Below, piece by piece: positions 55,819-64,000 of a stretch of DNA of 64,000 bases. This DNA comes from Nitrososphaerales archaeon. GTDB lineage: Archaea > Thermoproteota > Nitrososphaeria > Nitrososphaerales > UBA57. Each line of letters begins with the position of its first letter. Within the stretch, counting starts at the first letter, position 1. The stretch is from the NCBI GenBank assembly GCA_047517285.1, contig JAKZTE010000010.1, positions 10,852-74,851 of the forward strand, given 5' to 3'. The notes under the pieces were generated by a model. That model was not told the origin of the DNA. It did not search any database and saw nothing but the letters and a program-made list of their open reading frames with translations. The translations under genes and the position numbers were made by a program.

Positions 55819-57096
55819 ATGGATAGCGTCATTGTAAAACCCTCAATCCTTAAAGGAACTATAAAACCCCCAAACAGCAAAAGTTACACTCATAGAGCAC
55901 TTTGTTTAAGTGTATTATCTAACTCCCCTACTCTGATTGTTGATCCATTACTCTCTCGTGATACTCGTGCAACCTTAACTTCCTGCATAAATCTCGGCGC
56001 TGAAGTTGATAATCTTGAATCTTCGTTGGACTTTACCCCTCCTTCTGTATTATCTAATCCTGGAAAATTCCACGTAGAAAATTCTGGAACTACTCTGCGT
56101 TTCTTAACTTCTATTTCTGCTTTAATCCCTGAAGGTTTAACTAAACTCGACGGTGATTCTAGTATTCAGAAACGCCCTATGCAACCCTTGATTGATTCTC
56201 TAAATGACCTTGGCGTCTCTTGTAAATCTATTGCCGACGACGGAACCCCTCCTATTGTTGTTGAAGGAGGAGGAATAGAAGGCGGATATACTGAGATTTC
56301 TGGCTCAATATCTTCACAATTCATCTCATCCTTGTTAATTTCATGTTCTAAAGCCGATAATGAAACTACTATTAAATTAATTGAACCAGTTGTATCTGGA
56401 CCATATATTGATTCTACTCTTTTTATGATTGATAAATTCGGCGGGCTAGTTACAAAAAATAATAATCTGTTTACAGTCGAACCCAGTAAATATTCTTGCA
56501 ATAAAATTAATATTCCTAGTGATTTCTCTGCAGCTGCATTTCTTTTTGCAGGCGCAATACTTTCTCATGGCGAAATTACGGTAATTATGGACGGACAAGA
56601 TATGCCTCAATCTGATAGAAATATTATAAATATTATTTCTCAAATGGGCGCCTCTGTAATAAATAACGACGATTCATCATTTACTGTTTCCTCTGAAGGT
56701 AATTTGAACGGCGGAACTTTTGACTTATCTTCATGCCCTGATTTATTACCTGCTGTTTCTGTCTTATCATTAATTTCATCTAACTCTGTTAAAATTACTG
56801 GTATTGAACATACTAAGTATAAAGAATCAAATCGTCTGAAACTTATCTCATCTGAATTGAAGAAAACCGGAGCTAATATAATTGAATCTGATGATACTTT
56901 GATTATCGAAGCTCCAAATTCTATAAAACCCTGTAGGCTTAATTCTTATGACGACCATAGATTGTTTATGGCATTCTCATTAATCGGCCTAAATTCAGAG
57001 GGAATTGAAGTTATCGGAAGACAAAGTATTGATGTTTCTTATCCTAATTTTATTGATGATATAAATTCACTCTCGGGAAAACTGGTGATTAATTGA
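55819..57096 (+). CDS. aroA: 3-phosphoshikimate 1-carboxyvinyltransferase (EPSP synthase)
   Basis: PPNSKSYTHRAL, NSGTTLRF, RPM.PL, DHRLFMAF. The ORF is open from 55783; I prefer ATG 55819, 4 nt after the aroK stop. Confidence 0.9.
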   Translation: MDSVIVKPSILKGTIKPPNSKSYTHRALCLSVLSNSPTLIVDPLLSRDTRATLTSCINLGAEVDNLESSLDFTPPSVLSNPGKFHVENSGTTLRFLTSISALIPEGLTKLDGDSSIQKRPMQPLIDSLNDLGVSCKSIADDGTPPIVVEGGGIEGGYTEISGSISSQFISSLLISCSKADNETTIKLIEPVVSGPYIDSTLFMIDKFGGLVTKNNNLFTVEPSKYSCNKINIPSDFSAAAFLFAGAILSHGEITVIMDGQDMPQSDRNIINIISQMGASVINNDDSSFTVSSEGNLNGGTFDLSSCPDLLPAVSVLSLISSNSVKITGIEHTKYKESNRLKLISSELKKTGANIIESDDTLIIEAPNSIKPCRLNSYDDHRLFMAFSLIGLNSEGIEVIGRQSIDVSYPNFIDDINSLSGKLVIN

Positions 57097-58190
57097 TGAC
57101 TTGGAGTACTCTTGGCGAACGTTTTGCATTGACTGTTTTTGGAGAAAGTCACGGACATTCAATTGGCTGTGTCATCAGCGGATGCCCTTCTGGCGTTCCA
57201 ATTACTTCCAAAGAAATACAAAAAGAATTAGACCTTAGAAAACCTGGTATCTCTAAACTCACTACTCAGAGAAAAGAACAAGACCAAGTTGAAATATTAT
57301 CTGGCATTTTTAACGACTATACAACAGGTTCTCCAATATGCATGACCATCAAAAATAAGGACACTCGATCTGAAGATTATGACAATATTATGAAAACTCC
57401 GCGTCCTGGTCACGCAGATTTCACAGCCTGGGAAAAATACGGTGGATTTAATGATTATCGGGGCGGAGGCCATTTCTCTGCCCGACTTACTGCCTGTTTT
57501 GTAATGGGGGGCGTAGTCGCAAAAAAACTACTAAAAACAAGTTTTAACACGGATATTATTGCTTATGTGAAAGAAATTGGAAAGATAAAATCATCATCTG
57601 ATTTTAAATCTGCCAAGAAAAATCGATATTCCAACGACGTTAGATGCCCTGATTCAAGAATTGCAAAAAAGATGTCTAATGCTATAATTAAAGCAAGAAA
57701 ATCCGGAGATAGTTTGGGCGGTGTTATAGAATGCCAAATAATTAATGTACCCGTTGGCCTTGGCGAACCTATATTCTCTGCACTTGATTCAGAAATCAGC
57801 CGTGCTATGTTCTCCATTCCTGCTGTCAAAGGCGTTGAATTTGGTAAAGGCTTCGAATCTACTAAAATACTTGGTTCTGAGAATAATGACCAATATTCCG
57901 TTACTAGAAAAAAAATTACTACTAAAACCAACAATTCTGGAGGCATCTTGGGAGGCATATCTAACGGAATGCCTATTGAATTCAGAATTGCATTCAAACC
58001 TCCTTCATCAATATTGAAGAAACAATCTTCATTTAATCTTAAATCAAAAAAGGCCGAAGACCTTGTTGTAAAGGGTAGGCATGATCCGTGTGTATTACCT
58101 AGAGCGGTGCCAATTGTTGAAAGTGTAGCTGCTTTAGTACTTGCCGATCATGGTTTACGTTCTGGACAAATAAATTCTGTTATTAAATAG
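57093..58190 (+). CDS. aroC: Chorismate synthase
   Basis: 365 aa. FGESHG, RPGHAD, GGGHFSAR, GGISNG, GRHDPCV. Confidence 0.93.
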   Translation: MMTWSTLGERFALTVFGESHGHSIGCVISGCPSGVPITSKEIQKELDLRKPGISKLTTQRKEQDQVEILSGIFNDYTTGSPICMTIKNKDTRSEDYDNIMKTPRPGHADFTAWEKYGGFNDYRGGGHFSARLTACFVMGGVVAKKLLKTSFNTDIIAYVKEIGKIKSSSDFKSAKKNRYSNDVRCPDSRIAKKMSNAIIKARKSGDSLGGVIECQIINVPVGLGEPIFSALDSEISRAMFSIPAVKGVEFGKGFESTKILGSENNDQYSVTRKKITTKTNNSGGILGGISNGMPIEFRIAFKPPSSILKKQSSFNLKSKKAEDLVVKGRHDPCVLPRAVPIVESVAALVLADHGLRSGQINSVIK

Positions 58191-59341
58191 TGGTTGATTT
58201 GAACGACAAGAATAAATTAAAGCAATCCAGAAAATCTATTGAAAAAATCACTATTGAAATCCTAGGCCTTCTTTCTCAGCGTCTTGAATTAGGTCGTGAA
58301 GTTGCTGTTTTAAAAAATAACTTAAACTTGCCACTGGTCGATCCTGCTCAAGAACAAAGATTATACAAATCCATACAAAAAGAATCTGAATCTCTTAACC
58401 TGAATAAAAATTTCAGTAAAACTCTCTTGAAATTAATTATAGACGAAACTATTTCCCGCGAACAGAATCATTTGATGAAACTCAGAACTCCACAAAAGAA
58501 GAAGATTGGAATTATTGGCGCTAGTGGAAATATGGGCAAGTGGTTTACAAAATACTTCTCTGAAAATGGCTATTCAGTTGGTCTTTACAGCAGAAAGTTA
58601 AAAACAAAAAAAAGTCAAAAATCTAATATCTTTAAATCTATTCGAGACTGTGTTCTTCAATCTGACATTATTGTTATAAGTGTTCCAATTGAAACTACTA
58701 ACAAAATTATTAATGACGTATTAAAACACTCTGACGACACTAAGGCTATTATTGAGATTTCATCTATGAAAAAACAAATAATTTCTAACCTGAAAAAATC
58801 GTCTTACAGTTCTACTAAGTTAATGAGTATTCATCCATTATTCGGTCCTGGTGCAAATATATTCAAACCTCAGAAATTCATTCTCGTTCCAATTAAATCT
58901 GCAATATCTGAAAAAAAACTATTCAACACTCTGTTTCCAAATTCTAAATTGGTAGTCTGTACTGCTAATCAACATGACAAATCTATGGCTTATGTCATAT
59001 CACTTGTTTATTTTCTTAATTTATCATTCATATTATCACTGGATAAAATTCCCCATCTAAAAGATATTTCTGGAACTTCATTCACTATACAATATTTACT
59101 CGCATCTGGTATACTACATGATAGTCCGGAAGTAATCTCTTCCTTACAAATGAGCAACAAACAATTTAACGAAGTTTTGTTAAATTTTACTTCCAATGTT
59201 AATTCTATTGAAAATCTAATTGCTAAAAACGATAATGACCAATTCATTAAAATAATCAAAAAAGTCAAAAAACAGATAACATCTAATAAAAAATCATATG
59301 CAGATCTCTATCAACTGGTAAATAGTATAGATTCCTTCTAA
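58190..59341 (+). CDS. tyrA: Bifunctional chorismate mutase (AroQ) / prephenate dehydrogenase
   Basis: 383 aa. The N-terminal ~90-aa AroQ helix bundle (LKQSRKSIEKITIEILGLLSQRLELGREVAVLK) is followed by a Rossmann motif IGIIGASGNMGKWF and a PDH core (HPLFGP). Confidence 0.8.
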   Translation: MVDLNDKNKLKQSRKSIEKITIEILGLLSQRLELGREVAVLKNNLNLPLVDPAQEQRLYKSIQKESESLNLNKNFSKTLLKLIIDETISREQNHLMKLRTPQKKKIGIIGASGNMGKWFTKYFSENGYSVGLYSRKLKTKKSQKSNIFKSIRDCVLQSDIIVISVPIETTNKIINDVLKHSDDTKAIIEISSMKKQIISNLKKSSYSSTKLMSIHPLFGPGANIFKPQKFILVPIKSAISEKKLFNTLFPNSKLVVCTANQHDKSMAYVISLVYFLNLSFILSLDKIPHLKDISGTSFTIQYLLASGILHDSPEVISSLQMSNKQFNEVLLNFTSNVNSIENLIAKNDNDQFIKIIKKVKKQITSNKKSYADLYQLVNSIDSF

Positions 59342-59350
59342 TAACAAATC

Positions 59351-59358
59351 TTTATATC
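59351..59358 (+). promoter_or_regulatory. Candidate TATA box of the rRNA operon
   Basis: TTTATATC begins 10 nt after the tyrA stop. The GC-rich leader begins ~25 nt downstream (~59381), consistent with a TSS there. Confidence 0.35.
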
Positions 59359-59474
59359 CTGAATACACGTAAATAAATTTCTGCGTTTCGCTTGGCGGCG
59401 TCGTAGTTGAGTTACGCACGGAGATTTGCTAACGCAATGACATTACGACCTCCAGATTCGCAAACAAAAATGAC

Positions 59475-59494
59475 GATTCAATATAATTTGAATC
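59475..59494 (+). repeat. Perfect 7-bp inverted repeat with 6-nt loop in the 16S leader (GATTCAA-TATAAT-TTGAATC)
   Basis: Read directly from the sequence. The function is unknown. Confidence 0.8.
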
Positions 59495-59498
59495 TGAT

Positions 59499-59536
59499 AT
59501 ATGATATCTTGTTTTAGAAATTAGAACTGTACTTCC
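59499..59536 (+). other. 5' strand of the 16S rRNA processing helix
   Basis: 59499-59511 (ATATGATATCTTG) pairs with 61085-61097 (CAAGATGTCATAT, one G-U pair). 59512-59517 (TTTTAG) pairs with 61075-61080 (CTAAAA). 59525-59533 (AACTGTACT) pairs with 61062-61070 (AGTACAGTT). Confidence 0.65.
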
Positions 59537-59540
59537 AATG

Positions 59541-61041
<1,501 letters not shown>

Positions 61042-61058
61042 TAGAATAAATAGTGATA

Positions 61059-61097
61059 GGGAGTACAGTTTTGACTAAAAATTTCAAGATGTCATAT
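61059..61097 (+). other. 3' strand of the 16S rRNA processing helix
   Basis: Complementary to 59499-59536, as detailed for the 5' strand. Confidence 0.65.
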
Positions 61098-61106
61098 TTA
61101 AATGCA

Positions 61107-61129
61107 ACTCTTCAAAGATCTTGAAGAGT
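61107..61129 (+). repeat. Perfect 9-bp inverted repeat hairpin in the 16S-23S spacer (ACTCTTCAA-AGATC-TTGAAGAGT)
   Basis: Read directly from the sequence. The spacer (61042-~61195) contains no tRNA. Confidence 0.8.
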
Positions 61130-61195
61130 GAAGGACGTAGTGTTTAACACAATTATCGTCGTGTATAGTTGCGTATAGCGTATAGAGATGATCAT

Positions 61196-64000
<2,805 letters not shown>

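Noticed and set aside
59468-59498. C/D-box sRNA-like elements (ATGACGA ... CTGA) in the 16S leader
   Set aside because: The C box is imperfect. The 17-nt spacer is almost entirely part of the self-complementary hairpin at 59475-59494, leaving no guide region. There are no C'/D' boxes and no terminal stem.

Overview
This is an AT-rich, very gene-dense archaeal chromosome segment: about 65 intact genes, 4 tRNAs, and a 16S-23S rRNA operon that runs off the 3' edge. Most intergenic spacers are under 120 bp. The content is core housekeeping, in this order: A-type ATP synthase (atpA'-B-D-K); divergent pyrI/pyrB; B12-dependent class II RNR; a tRNA-rich patch; a DAP-lysine cluster (dapA-dapB-lysA-dapL-like); ferredoxin plus DUF59; S2P protease; a SAM-recycling operon (ahcY, MTAP, apt); the conserved archaeal aIF2beta-DUF424-aIF1A-Rio1-KH-Top6B-Top6A block; uppP; proS; tfb; dCMP deaminase; SUI1; nfo; an 8-gene purine operon (purSQLFDECM); cysteine synthase divergent from sufC-sufS-sufU; beta-CASP RNase; PAC2-like chaperone; arcTGT; cysS; and a complete archaeal-type shikimate/chorismate operon (ADH synthase, DHQ synthase II, aroD-E-K-A-C, CM/PDH). 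The lineage inference is Nitrososphaerota (Thaumarchaeota)-like. It rests on 16S signatures (GTGTCAGCCGCCGCGGTAA), a 16S-23S spacer without a tRNA, TFB/TopoVI/aIF genes, multiple non-canonical tRNA introns, and low GC; it was not verified by any search. I found no CRISPR array, transposase or integrase, prophage, or recognisable defence system. The most unusual item is a 696-aa fusion of a winged helix, an ATP-cone and a catalytically degenerate NrdD-like domain directly upstream of nrdJ, which I propose as a nucleotide-sensing RNR regulator (hypothesis). Other notable items: a myo-inositol-1-phosphate synthase pseudogene with four in-frame stops and a frameshift in an otherwise intact window; three of four tRNAs carrying introns (one in the T-loop, one tRNA with two introns); two unannotated micro-ORFs (an eL41-like one, and a 41-aa ORF inside the atp operon); and several convergent gene pairs with overlapping or abutting stop codons. 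All calls come from reading the translations and sequence by eye. Coordinates of rRNA ends and some start codons are approximate.
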